This document shows, in pieces, positions 17,959-27,641 of a stretch of 36,128 nt of DNA. The notes below the pieces were generated by a model that worked only from the letters and a program-made list of their open reading frames with translations, was not told where the DNA came from and did no database searches. The translations under genes and the position numbers were made by a program. Every line of letters starts with the position of its first letter. The stretch's first letter is position 1. This stretch comes from a virus (lineage: Duplodnaviria; Caudoviricetes). The stretch is taken from IMG/VR virus record IMGVR_UViG_3300030372_003559, positions 1 through 36,128 of that record; one strand, given 5' to 3'.

Positions 17959-20900
17959 TTACGGTGTATCTGTTTCTATTGCATTATTTGGCATATTTAT
18001 CATTACACCTGCGTTACCATTGACTTTTTCTAAACTTATATTACTTAATGTAAAATTTTGACCATCAGTATTACTTCTAACTTGTATATAAACACTTGCA
18101 CTTTCTACTTTAAAATATATAACATTATCTGTACCTGCGACTAAATTAGTTGTAGTTCCACCTCCGTGATTTATCCTAAATTGAAAACTTGGTAAACTTG
18201 ACGTTGTAGAAACACTATATACAAATTTATATATTGCATTTGATTCTAAATCTGATGACATTCCTGAATTTATAGATGATTGCAAATTCAATCTTAAATC
18301 ACCTGTATCTGTACCATTTTTAGTTAATGTCATAGATGTTTGTGAAGAAGTATGACCTGTCCAATCTCCTGTATCACCTGCTACGGTACTCCAATTATTA
18401 CCGTTAAAATTACCATCATCATTTAAATGTGGAGTAATAGCTGTTGCCAATGTTGGATTAGTTTGATCTCCAATCAATCCATTACCTGCAATATTATTAT
18501 CATCTAAAATTCCATCGCCCATTCTCCACCAAGCCTGTAAATTAGATGCTGATGTGTATCCACCACCATTCTGACTTAAATCAAAATTAGCTTTACTACC
18601 GTGATATATTTGTGCAACTTGAGATGCTGATAATGCAGTATCCCAAATAGCAACTTCATCTATATTTCCATTCCATTCTTCTGTTCTGACCTTACCTATA
18701 TGGACCTCTATATTTGAAAAATCTGATATTGTTGATGCTATTGCTGTTCCACCTGTTGTTGATGCTATTTCCAAACCATCTACATAAAAAGTTAATCTAT
18801 CATCATTTGTGCTTTGACTACCATCAAAAACTAAAACAATATGATGCCAAGCCTTATCAGTTGGATAAGTAGAATCTGACATTACAAAACCATTATTAGA
18901 AGATGATTCAAAGTCAGAGTAAAGTCTATTGGAAGCTGTTAATTTTATAGATATTTGATCATTAGTATCATCAAATATTGAAAATAAACCTATATTTGTA
19001 CTAACAACATCGGCTTTTGCCCATAATGAAACAGAAAGTGCAGACAAACCATTTAAAAAACTCATTTTACCTGCATTTATAAAGTCATCACCTCCATCAA
19101 ACAGTACAGACTTTGTATTTGCTACTGTATATATCTGTGTAGGTGTGTCTGTTTCTATATCGGCTGTCGCATCAAAGTTAATCATATCGCCTGAATTACG
19201 ATTAGGTGCGTGATCTACTAAATCAAATGCACTCATATTAATAGTAATTCCTGCATTACCATTTACAGGTTCAAATTTTACATTTTCTAATTTAAAATTA
19301 TGTCCTTCGGTTGATGTTTGGAATTGAAAATGATGATTAGCAGATGAAGATGTGCAAAGTTCATATATTTCAAAATTACCTGCAGATAAATTATGAATAT
19401 TTGTAGCATAACCACCATACCAAACAAATCTACAATTTGAACTTGGTAGTGTAGATGTTGTAGATAATGTACCTGTAATTTTATACACACCTGCAGGAAT
19501 ATCAGCTGACAATCCTGAATTGCTTGTTTTAACATATAATTTTGCATCTGCCGTTCCATCTATATCACTATCCGTTGTTGCTTCAAAAGCAGTTGCAGTA
19601 TTTGTATTTATAGTCCATTCTGCCAATGTTGTTAATGTCCAATTACTTCCATCTCCATTTCCATCGTCAGACAAATTAGGCACTAATGCAGTTCCTAATG
19701 TTGCATCAGTATAATCTGCAATCAAACCAATTCCTGTTTGACTACTATTACTAAAAGCATCTATACCACCATTACCCATTCTATAATAGGCTTGTAAGTT
19801 ACCTGTCTTTTCTACACCACTACCTGCTGTATAACTTGCAGATAATGTTAAATTGTTTGGCTCAGCTGAATTGTAAATAGATGCTATTGTGTTTGCATCT
19901 AACTCTGCATTCCATATTGCTACATCAGTTATTTTAGTTCCTGTATTTACTTTATCTGTTACACTTGTATTATTAATACCTCTGCCAAAAAAAATAGGAG
20001 AATTTCCATTATCAATTCCATCTGCATCTATATTTGATGAAGCTGTTGCAACTAAAGAACCATTAACATATAATTTTGGTGGATTATTAGCTGAAAAAGT
20101 ACCTACTATATGATTCCAAGTGTTTGTAGATAAAGCTGTGCCTGACTTGGTAGTTGTATTAGAATCAAATGAACCTTTTGCACTTTGAACATTCCATTTA
20201 GGCTTTTCGTCACTTTCTATTGTTAATCTAAACTCTCTATTGCCTGTACCTGCATTATATTTATTTACTATAGATTGGACTGTTGTTCCTGATTTTACAA
20301 AAATCCAAGCAGAAACAGTTCCTGCTGTTGTCATAAGTTGTGCATCACCTACTTCTATAAAGTCATCAGTACCATCAAAATCTATACTTTTACCTGTAAA
20401 GAATGTTTTTCTCATATCAGGTATTACAAGGTTGTTAGCATTGTCATCTACTACTCTTGTAGATGCTTCGTCGCCCATTCTCCACCAACCTTTAAGATTA
20501 GCACTTGATGAATAATCACCTGTATCAGTAGATAAATCTAAAGTTGCTTTGTTAGTATTGTAGATTTGTGTTACTTCATTTTGAGTTAATATGTCGTGCC
20601 ATATAGCTACTTCATCTACATTTCCTAATATCTCATAAGAATTAGACGCATCATTACCTATATTTCCTGCCGAATCACTAAAAGAAGCAGTATATGATAA
20701 AGTACCTGAAGCTATTTCTTGACTATCTAAATACATTTTTTGTGAACCATCGGTAATAGTTAAAACTATATGATGCCAATTTCCATCATTTGCATTAACA
20801 GGAGAAGATGATCCAAAATATCCGTGAGAACTACCGTATACTATACCTGTAATATATCCTGCTACATCGCTTTGGTCTGATGCTTTTTGATTTATAGATA

Positions 20901-21138
20901 TTGCAACACTTGTAGATGTTGTTGATCCTGATCTTATTAATTGAAATAAATATATCCTATCAGAACTTGTAGTCTTAAACCAAGCTGATATAGATAAATT
21001 TGCATTACCTAAAGAACTTGATGCAGGTAATGTTAAAATATCATTAGTACCATCAAAATCTATTGATTTAGTATTGGTTACCTCTGCGAGGACATCTACA
21101 AATCCACCTTTAGATGTGCCTAATCCTAATCCTAACAT
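17959..21138 (-). CDS. Multi-LamG (concanavalin A-like) fibre protein, probable head spike fibre
   Basis: Three units each with KS(I/V)xFDG.(N/D)D, W.HIV, D(E)VAIW, L..(W/Y)(W/Y)RMG; N-terminal MLGLGLG. Confidence 0.85.
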   Translation of the reverse strand: MLGLGLGTSKGGFVDVLAEVTNTKSIDFDGTNDILTLPASSSLGNANLSISAWFKTTSSDRIYLFQLIRSGSTTSTSVAISINQKASDQSDVAGYITGIVYGSSHGYFGSSSPVNANDGNWHHIVLTITDGSQKMYLDSQEIASGTLSYTASFSDSAGNIGNDASNSYEILGNVDEVAIWHDILTQNEVTQIYNTNKATLDLSTDTGDYSSSANLKGWWRMGDEASTRVVDDNANNLVIPDMRKTFFTGKSIDFDGTDDFIEVGDAQLMTTAGTVSAWIFVKSGTTVQSIVNKYNAGTGNREFRLTIESDEKPKWNVQSAKGSFDSNTTTKSGTALSTNTWNHIVGTFSANNPPKLYVNGSLVATASSNIDADGIDNGNSPIFFGRGINNTSVTDKVNTGTKITDVAIWNAELDANTIASIYNSAEPNNLTLSASYTAGSGVEKTGNLQAYYRMGNGGIDAFSNSSQTGIGLIADYTDATLGTALVPNLSDDGNGDGSNWTLTTLAEWTINTNTATAFEATTDSDIDGTADAKLYVKTSNSGLSADIPAGVYKITGTLSTTSTLPSSNCRFVWYGGYATNIHNLSAGNFEIYELCTSSSANHHFQFQTSTEGHNFKLENVKFEPVNGNAGITINMSAFDLVDHAPNRNSGDMINFDATADIETDTPTQIYTVANTKSVLFDGGDDFINAGKMSFLNGLSALSVSLWAKADVVSTNIGLFSIFDDTNDQISIKLTASNRLYSDFESSSNNGFVMSDSTYPTDKAWHHIVLVFDGSQSTNDDRLTFYVDGLEIASTTGGTAIASTISDFSNIEVHIGKVRTEEWNGNIDEVAIWDTALSASQVAQIYHGSKANFDLSQNGGGYTSASNLQAWWRMGDGILDDNNIAGNGLIGDQTNPTLATAITPHLNDDGNFNGNNWSTVAGDTGDWTGHTSSQTSMTLTKNGTDTGDLRLNLQSSINSGMSSDLESNAIYKFVYSVSTTSSLPSFQFRINHGGGTTTNLVAGTDNVIYFKVESASVYIQVRSNTDGQNFTLSNISLEKVNGNAGVMINMPNNAIETDTP

Positions 21139-21139
21139 A

Positions 21140-21493
21140 CTAACCTATATAGGCTACTACAGAGCCAGAATTAACATCTATTTCTGTCCATCTACCAAAG
21201 ATAGTAACTCCTTTAGGAAAGGTTACTGAGTCTACTACTTGTCCGCCTGAACCTTGTCCAGTTGTTTCACTACCATCGGCGGCATCATTAGCTGCAGTTT
21301 CAGTATTTATAAATTTTGTTGCAGTTTCAGATATTAATCCACCAGACGAATCAAAAACTGTGTCAGCTAACATAGTAATTGCAACAAAGACTTTACCTGA
21401 AGGTGGTTTAATTGCATCGGAACTATCTTTCGTATAAGCGCATCCTATCTGTCCAAGCGTAGTATTTCCTACTTCTGTATTATTATTAAACAT
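21140..21493 (-). CDS. Putative capsid vertex spike-base protein
   Basis: 117 aa beta-rich, ends VTFPKGVTIFGRWTEIDVNSGSVVAYIG; 1 nt upstream of the MLGLGLG fibre gene. Confidence 0.5.
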   Translation of the reverse strand: MFNNNTEVGNTTLGQIGCAYTKDSSDAIKPPSGKVFVAITMLADTVFDSSGGLISETATKFINTETAANDAADGSETTGQGSGGQVVDSVTFPKGVTIFGRWTEIDVNSGSVVAYIG

Positions 21494-21646
21494 CTACTTT
21501 CCTTTTTTCTTAGTGTCTTTTTTAACTACCTTCTTTTCCTGTTCTGTCCAACCTAAAGCCTTTGCTTTTTTAATATCTTCTCCTACAAATACTTTTTGTA
21601 ATTTTGTACCATTTTCTTTAGTATGAAATAATTTCATAGTTTTCAT
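21494..21646 (-). CDS. 50 aa Lys-rich protein (not in ORF track)
   Basis: GGAG SD; MKTMKLFHTKENG...KALGWTEQEKKVVKKDTKKKGK*; stop abuts next ATG. Confidence 0.7.
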   Translation of the reverse strand: MKTMKLFHTKENGTKLQKVFVGEDIKKAKALGWTEQEKKVVKKDTKKKGK

Positions 21647-21657
21647 AATTTCTCCAT

Positions 21658-21687
21658 AAAAATGGAGAGGACATTACATCCTCTCCA
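21658..21687 (-). terminator. Rho-independent terminator after the major capsid gene
   Basis: On - strand TGGAGAGGA-tgtaatg-TCCTCTCCA followed by TTTTT. Confidence 0.85.
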
Positions 21688-21700
21688 ATTAGTTTAACTA

Positions 21701-22774
21701 TTAAGATGCAGGACTTACTAAAGCAAAAATTCTTTTATTTCCACTTGTTGTGCTTCCTGTTATTGTGCATCCATAAACACTATCTGCTACAAATCTTGTA
21801 GATAATGAAGCAAGGTGATAGTCGCTTTGTACTCTAGCTTTCATGCCAGAAGCATAAGCAATATGTAATGCGTCGTTATGTATTAAGTATCCTAATAACT
21901 TTTCTGACTCATTATCAACGCCATTAGCACTAAAGTTACCAACTGGTGTAGCTGATTGAGCAGAAGAAGCAGAACCTACGCCATAGTGCATAAAGTTATT
22001 TGAAACAATAACATTTACACCTGCAAGTTTTCCTGCAAAGCCACTAATAAATGGAACTTCATTTCCAAATGATGAACCTACACCATCATAGTTTGCAAAT
22101 TGATCTAATTTAAATAAACTTGCATATGTTTGTGGTGTTAAGATCATATTGTAGTCATCTGCAATAGAGTCATTAGTATAGATAGCTTCTAACATATTCG
22201 CAACACCTGCTTGAATAATATTTGTTCCATCATGAGTTGTGTTTAGCTCAATAGTATTACCTGCTTGTGCGCCATCATCTGTACCATTTGCATAGTTAAA
22301 TGCAATAGATTCGAATATTTTAAGTGCTAAATACTGATCTGTTTTTTTAGCTAAAGCGTAACCTAGTTTTTGTGTGTAAATATCCATTACATCAAAACTT
22401 GATTGCATTTTTGCTACATCAGTAATAGCGATTGCGCTATGAATTGCTTGGTTAATATCTAAAGTATATTCATCTTCTGCACCTGTTGTTTTAGCGAATG
22501 CTAGGTTATTGTCAATCAATGTTTCGACTACACCTGATCCATAGGTATCTGAAGCAGTAAGCTCAGAATGTTTAGGTAAGTGAATTTTATCACCACCTGC
22601 AACAACTAATGCTGAAAGATCATTTGCTATTGCACCAAATACTAGACTTTTTTCCATATAGTCCATAATTGATGCGCCCCACACTTCAGGTATAAAGTTT
22701 TGCAAAGTTGCTTCAGCGGTACTATCTTGCAAACCTCCTGCTAGTGCTATATTATTTGTTCCTGCTAATGCCAT
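21701..22774 (-). CDS. Major capsid protein (HK97 fold)
   Basis: NFIPEVWG, GDKIHLP, GYALAKKTD, GKLAGVNVIVSNN, ADSVYG motifs; AGGAG SD; follows scaffold. Confidence 0.92.
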   Translation of the reverse strand: MALAGTNNIALAGGLQDSTAEATLQNFIPEVWGASIMDYMEKSLVFGAIANDLSALVVAGGDKIHLPKHSELTASDTYGSGVVETLIDNNLAFAKTTGAEDEYTLDINQAIHSAIAITDVAKMQSSFDVMDIYTQKLGYALAKKTDQYLALKIFESIAFNYANGTDDGAQAGNTIELNTTHDGTNIIQAGVANMLEAIYTNDSIADDYNMILTPQTYASLFKLDQFANYDGVGSSFGNEVPFISGFAGKLAGVNVIVSNNFMHYGVGSASSAQSATPVGNFSANGVDNESEKLLGYLIHNDALHIAYASGMKARVQSDYHLASLSTRFVADSVYGCTITGSTTSGNKRIFALVSPAS

Positions 22775-22793
22775 TTTATTCTCCTAAATTTTT

Positions 22794-23288
22794 TTACCTT
22801 TTTTTGGTAAGCATTTCGTTATAATAGGCTCTTCGTTCTTGGTCATTCATTTGAGAATATGGTTTTTTAGAAACTACTGGATTGATTGATCCAACTGCAG
22901 TAACTTCTTTCGGAGTTGCTTTCTTTAACTCGTTTACCATAAACTCAATAACATCCAAGTCCTTATTGCCAAATCGTTCTTGCTGTTCAGGAGGTAGATT
23001 TTCTAATAGTTGAGCTTTTCGCTGATCTACCAGGCTATGATATTTATCTTTATAGCCTTTCTCACTTTCGTACAAACTCTTCCATTCTTCTTTTTCTACC
23101 ATTTTAGCTTTTTCTTGTTCTTCTAACTTAGACTTAAGTTTTGCAAGTTTAGCTTCAGCTTCCTGACTCCTTTGTCTATACTTCTTGCTTTCTGCAATTA
23201 ATGAACCTACATCAGGAGTGTTTGTAGGTGCTTCTTGTGTAGTTTCCTCACTAACTGTTTCGGTTGCTACTTTTGTTTCTTCGGACAT
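22794..23288 (-). CDS. Capsid scaffolding protein
   Basis: Acidic N-terminus, coiled coil LIAESKKYRQRSQEAE, C-terminal helix; AGGAGG SD; precedes MCP. Confidence 0.8.
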   Translation of the reverse strand: MSEETKVATETVSEETTQEAPTNTPDVGSLIAESKKYRQRSQEAEAKLAKLKSKLEEQEKAKMVEKEEWKSLYESEKGYKDKYHSLVDQRKAQLLENLPPEQQERFGNKDLDVIEFMVNELKKATPKEVTAVGSINPVVSKKPYSQMNDQERRAYYNEMLTKKR

Positions 23289-23327
23289 ACTGCCCTCCTA
23301 TTTTTAACTGATTTGTGTTCAAAATAT

Positions 23328-23415
23328 GGTGGTATATTAATAATAATTCGGACAAAACATACTATATATAGTGTAATTTTGTGAAAATAATATTAAATTC
23401 GCTTGACTACTAAGT
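23328..23415. promoter_or_regulatory. Divergent late promoter region (scaffold/capsid leftward, terL rightward)
   Basis: Imperfect palindrome ACAAAA-cat-ACTATATATAGT-gtaa-TTTTGT at 23352-23382 with a -10-like hexamer 11-12 nt beyond TTTTGT on each strand. Confidence 0.55.
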
Positions 23416-24720
23416 ATGGAAAATAAAGAATTTAAGGAAAATTGGTTTGATTTTATAGACTATGTTCCTCACAATGGACAAAAAAAGTTACACTTTCCAA
23501 ACAAAGATTGGAGATTTTGTGTGGCAGTCTGCGGCAGGAGATGGGGAAAGTCTGTAAGCGCATCTATAGAGGCTCAAATTATACTTGCGAAACCTAATAA
23601 AAGAGTTTGGTGCGTTGCGCCAACCTATGATGGTTCTGAAAAGATATTTAGAGAGATTTGGCATAAAATGGTTGTGGAAAAAGGTTTTGAAACAACTAGA
23701 GCTTCATATAAAGACCAATATATAGAATTTGAATGGGGTAGCGTAGTAGAAGGTAAAAGTGCCGACAAGCCTGATAGCTTAGTTGGTGAAGGTTTAGACT
23801 TACTTATAATAGATGAGGCTGCTAAAATAAAGAAAAAGACGTGGGAAATGTATTTAAGACCTACGCTATCTGATAGAAAAGGTAAAGCTCTTTTTATAAC
23901 AACGCCACAAGGATTTAATTGGATATATGATTTATACTTACTTGGACAAAAGGATGAGATGTGGCATTCATTTAACAGTCCTAGTTATGAAAATAATTAT
24001 GCTTATCCTGATGGTAGTCGCGATGCCGATTTACTGGAAGCTAAGCGAAATTTGGCAAAAGAAGTCTATGATCAAGAGTATGGAGCAAAGTTTACAAGTT
24101 TTGCAGGTAGAGTTTATCCGTTTGATCGTAATCTTGATATGGGTGATTTTAAATATGATCCTGGTTTGCCTACTTTTTGCAGTATAGACTTTGGATATAG
24201 GCAACCTGCTGTATTGTGGATGCAAACATATAGAGAAGCAGGTATGTGGCACGTCAAAATAATAGATGAAATTATACACGACAGAGATATTAAAACAGAT
24301 GAACTTGCTAAAAGAATTAAAGCAAAACATTACAAAGGTGTTGTTTACTTTGGCGATCCTGCAGGTGGACAAGCTCAAGGTCAAACAGGTTTAGGAGATA
24401 TAGAGATTTTTAGAAGGCATGGCATTATTGTAAGAACAATTAGAGATAAAGTTTCAAGGAAACTTGAGGCAGGTGTATCTCACGTTAGAGGTTTCATAGA
24501 AAATGCTGAAGGCATGAGATTTCTTCATGTAAATAAAAAATGTTTAGGTATAGCAGAGGACTTAGAAAACTATCGCTATCCTGAACCTAAAGAAGGCTTT
24601 CCACTTAAGCCTGATCCAGTCAAAGATGGTTATCACGATCATGGTTGTGATGCTTTAAGATATTTTTTCATTAATAGATTTCCAATTAAAAAAAGAGAAG
24701 TTAGGATACTACAAAGATGA
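23416..24720 (+). CDS. terL: Terminase large subunit
   Basis: Walker A CGRRWGKS, Walker B LIIDEAA, ITTPQG coupling motif, nuclease SIDFG and DHGCDALRY. Confidence 0.96.
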   Translation: MENKEFKENWFDFIDYVPHNGQKKLHFPNKDWRFCVAVCGRRWGKSVSASIEAQIILAKPNKRVWCVAPTYDGSEKIFREIWHKMVVEKGFETTRASYKDQYIEFEWGSVVEGKSADKPDSLVGEGLDLLIIDEAAKIKKKTWEMYLRPTLSDRKGKALFITTPQGFNWIYDLYLLGQKDEMWHSFNSPSYENNYAYPDGSRDADLLEAKRNLAKEVYDQEYGAKFTSFAGRVYPFDRNLDMGDFKYDPGLPTFCSIDFGYRQPAVLWMQTYREAGMWHVKIIDEIIHDRDIKTDELAKRIKAKHYKGVVYFGDPAGGQAQGQTGLGDIEIFRRHGIIVRTIRDKVSRKLEAGVSHVRGFIENAEGMRFLHVNKKCLGIAEDLENYRYPEPKEGFPLKPDPVKDGYHDHGCDALRYFFINRFPIKKREVRILQR

Positions 24721-25988
24721 TTGCACAAGACATAATACAAGACTCGTTAAAGAATGAAAAGTTAAGAATTGCAAACGCCAGGCGTGATGAAATAAGACGC
24801 ATGGTAGACTACTACACAGACTGTGAAACAGATAAATATATAATAGATCACTTTAACTCTCAAGCATTTAGAGAGATACCTCCTTACTCTGTGAATTTTA
24901 CAAGAAGATTTATTAATAAGATGTCGAGAATATATACCTTAGGAGCGGATAGGAATGTCAGCGATGAGTACCTCTCTTTAACACGCAAGAAGAACGCTAG
25001 AATGAAGCACATAGAACGAATGACGAGGCTTGTTGGTACAATAGCAAACAGGGTAATGGTGAAAGAAGATGCCAATGGTACTTTTTTTGACTATAGACCT
25101 ATATATTATTACAATGCGTTCTTTGATGACGATCCGTTTTTGCCTATGGCAATAACCTATCCGCTACTCCTCCCTGTAAACGACATATCTGATTCAGGAA
25201 AATTAGAATATGCCTATTGGGATGACACTCATTATGCTCAATATGATGAAGATGGAAACATAACAATGCAATACGAGCATGGTTTTGGTATGTTGCCATT
25301 TGTATTTACACACAGAGAAGATCAAATAGACTCACATTTTGTAGAAGGTGCTAATGATATTGTTAATGTAAACGAGCAAGTAAATATAACTATGACTGAA
25401 ATGCAACTTGGTTTAAGGTTTCAAATGTTCGGACAGCCAGTAACTACAGGCGCAGACATAGATGTAAACACTATTAGGACAGGATCAGATAGTATATTAG
25501 GCTTACCAGAAGGTTCTACATTTAATATAGTTGCTCCTGAAGGTGATATTAACGCAGTTATTGAAAATGTAAAGTTCCAAATAGAACTCGTTGCATCTAA
25601 CAACCATTTAATGATAAATTGGGCAGAGCAAGGTGGTGAAATGCCATCAGGTGTTAGTCTTATGATTAAAGACTTAGAAAGAACAGAGGATTACTATGAT
25701 GATCTTGAGTTGTTTAGAATGTATGAAGAGGAGTTTTTTATTGTTGAAAAGGCAGTTGGTCAAGCAAATAATATCAATCTTCCTAATAATTTTGGTGTTA
25801 ATTTCGTTGAACCTGAATATCCTCAGTCAATCCAAGATCAAATTGCTTGGAATACTTACAGACTAAGTAATAACCTAACAACTAGACCTAAATTGCTTAA
25901 CGAAATCAACACAGACCTATCTTTAGAAGAAGCCGAACAGATAGTTAATGCTAATGCAGAGGTCAATGCAGGTATAGAACAAAGATGA
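24717..25988 (+). CDS. Portal protein (SPP1 gp6-like)
   Basis: 423 aa with ATGA overlap to terL; HGFGMLPFVF and SGVSL motifs. Confidence 0.85.
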   Translation: MIAQDIIQDSLKNEKLRIANARRDEIRRMVDYYTDCETDKYIIDHFNSQAFREIPPYSVNFTRRFINKMSRIYTLGADRNVSDEYLSLTRKKNARMKHIERMTRLVGTIANRVMVKEDANGTFFDYRPIYYYNAFFDDDPFLPMAITYPLLLPVNDISDSGKLEYAYWDDTHYAQYDEDGNITMQYEHGFGMLPFVFTHREDQIDSHFVEGANDIVNVNEQVNITMTEMQLGLRFQMFGQPVTTGADIDVNTIRTGSDSILGLPEGSTFNIVAPEGDINAVIENVKFQIELVASNNHLMINWAEQGGEMPSGVSLMIKDLERTEDYYDDLELFRMYEEEFFIVEKAVGQANNINLPNNFGVNFVEPEYPQSIQDQIAWNTYRLSNNLTTRPKLLNEINTDLSLEEAEQIVNANAEVNAGIEQR

Positions 25989-26461
25989 TAGAAAAAATAG
26001 AAGTAACATTTGACTTTGGAAAATTACTTAAAAATTTAGATAAGTTTTTGCAAAAAGATATTGATATTCGTAAAAATGCACTTGTAAAAGCAGCAAAAGA
26101 TGAGTTAATGAATGGTAAATTTTTTCCTATTAAAAAATCGACTGAAAATATAAGAAAAAGAGGTTTATCACGAAAATTAGGCAAAGGCAAATTTGGAAAT
26201 AAACCACTAATGCACACAGGAAGTATGTTTAAATCAATAAAAGCAGTTAAAGATGGAGTTACATACATATCTTATGGTACTCCATCCGAGCCAAATGTAC
26301 ATCAAAAAACTCACAAAGTAGCAAGTTCAGCTTTTTCACGCAAATTTAAAACAGTAAATAAAAATGTACCTAAACGCGACTTTATGAGCAAAGCATTGGC
26401 AAGAGTGGCTAAATTAAAAACAGACTTTTACGAAGAACTAAACAAAGCCTTAACTAAATAA
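25985..26461 (+). CDS. Virion morphogenesis protein (Mu gpG/HK97 gp10-like)
   Basis: Basic; KPLMHTGSMFKSI and VPKRDFM motifs. Confidence 0.6.
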   Translation: MIEKIEVTFDFGKLLKNLDKFLQKDIDIRKNALVKAAKDELMNGKFFPIKKSTENIRKRGLSRKLGKGKFGNKPLMHTGSMFKSIKAVKDGVTYISYGTPSEPNVHQKTHKVASSAFSRKFKTVNKNVPKRDFMSKALARVAKLKTDFYEELNKALTK

Positions 26462-26469
26462 GGAGTCAT

Positions 26470-26751
26470 ATGGAAGAGCTTATAGAGCTTATGAAGAAAA
26501 AGTTAGCAAGTTCTGACGAAGAATTAAGTAAATTAGAGATCATAATGATAACCTACCTGCTCAGAGTGGATAAAAACATAAAGAAACTCATCAAAGAAAC
26601 AAGTCAAAATACCAGATTTTTAAAAATTTTAGAAGAAGAAACACGACCTTCAGACGAAGTTATAGCAGATGTTCCAATTCCTTACGATGTTTATAGAGAG
26701 ATATGCGAGGACTGCGATATAGATAGCATAACTTTTATGGGCGTTGCTTGA
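26470..26751 (+). CDS. Hypothetical protein
   Basis: 93 aa, AAGGAG SD. Confidence 0.7.
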   Translation: MEELIELMKKKLASSDEELSKLEIIMITYLLRVDKNIKKLIKETSQNTRFLKILEEETRPSDEVIADVPIPYDVYREICEDCDIDSITFMGVA

Positions 26752-26965
26752 GCTCTCTAAATTTAGCCTCAAAACAATTATCAGTAGAGTCAAACTCTTT
26801 AAGTACATAACCATTTACTTCGTCATACTCGAAGTCATCTAACTGCCAGGAACACATAAAACCTTCACTATCATATGTATCTTCTATTCTAGGATAGTAA
26901 CAATTTAAACACTCACTTACCGATATAGTACCAATAACAACCATTAACCATGTAGCAAATATCAT
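26735..26965 (-). CDS. Hypothetical protein with hydrophobic N-terminus
   Basis: 76 aa, overlaps terS stop; four Cys. Confidence 0.55.
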   Translation of the reverse strand: MIFATWLMVVIGTISVSECLNCYYPRIEDTYDSEGFMCSWQLDDFEYDEVNGYVLKEFDSTDNCFEAKFRELKQRP

Positions 26966-27606
26966 CTAATCTCCTTTTCTCTACGTTCCAATTCTGCATA
27001 CCATTCTTCTCTAGCTTGACCTGTGCGCCTACCTAAAGGCTCTAAACCTACTTTTTTAGCTCTTTGTTGCCTTTTATACGACTCTAAGCTCTTTTTTCTA
27101 TTCTTTGCGCGTTGTTCTGGTGATACTTCTTTCTTGTAACCGCGTTTTATGGCGTTATTTAGGCTTTCTCGCTCGTTTTTAGCCTTCACTCTAGGTTTAT
27201 CATTGCTTGTATCTCTCTCAGGCAATTCTGAAGTAATTTCATAGTCCATAACTTCGGCATCTTCAATATTACTCATATTTATAAACTTTTCGTATGGACT
27301 TTCATTCTTAATACTAATTCGTTTAACAAGTTTACCTGACATTTCTGCCCATAACCTCATAGCAGATACATTACCTAGCTTAGCTTCTCTAAACGCGGCA
27401 TCCATAACCTGCGTCATCTTAAAACCTGATGTACTCATATACTTAGTATACACAGCTTCATTAAAGCCTGCATCAGTCTTCCAGGTCTTAAGCGTAGTAA
27501 TTCCAATACCACAAGCATCTGCAACTGCCGCCAAAGACGCATTTGGTTCTTCAGCCAACATTTGCATAGCTCTATCTTTAACTTCTTTTTTTATTAATTT
27601 CGGCAT
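26962..27606 (-). CDS. terS: Putative terminase small subunit with N-terminal HTH
   Basis: HTH ASLAAVADACGIGITTLKTWK..AGF; REAKLGNVSAMRLW helix; ATG 27606 preferred over TTG 27633. Confidence 0.65.
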   Translation of the reverse strand: MPKLIKKEVKDRAMQMLAEEPNASLAAVADACGIGITTLKTWKTDAGFNEAVYTKYMSTSGFKMTQVMDAAFREAKLGNVSAMRLWAEMSGKLVKRISIKNESPYEKFINMSNIEDAEVMDYEITSELPERDTSNDKPRVKAKNERESLNNAIKRGYKKEVSPEQRAKNRKKSLESYKRQQRAKKVGLEPLGRRTGQAREEWYAELERREKEIR

Positions 27607-27641
27607 AGTCAAATATAGAATTTTTTTTGACAAAATTACAA
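27607..27641 (-). promoter_or_regulatory. Putative leaderless promoter of terS
   Basis: TTGTAA-18nt-TATATT-tgact-ATG, no SD. Confidence 0.45.

Noticed and set aside
19287-19559. Same-strand alternative-frame ORF within the LamG gene (also 23927-24187 within terL)
   Set aside because: Short, no convincing SD and no protein-like motif, unlike the nested ORF in the methyltransferase.
17959-21138. LamG gene as a diversity-generating retroelement target
   Set aside because: No reverse transcriptase and no template/variable repeat pair differing at adenines was seen.
23372-27640. 11-bp inverted repeat TGTAATTTTGT/ACAAAATTACA as ends of an invertible segment
   Set aside because: No invertase or integrase was recognised, and both copies sit at matching promoter positions, so a shared regulatory motif is the simpler explanation.
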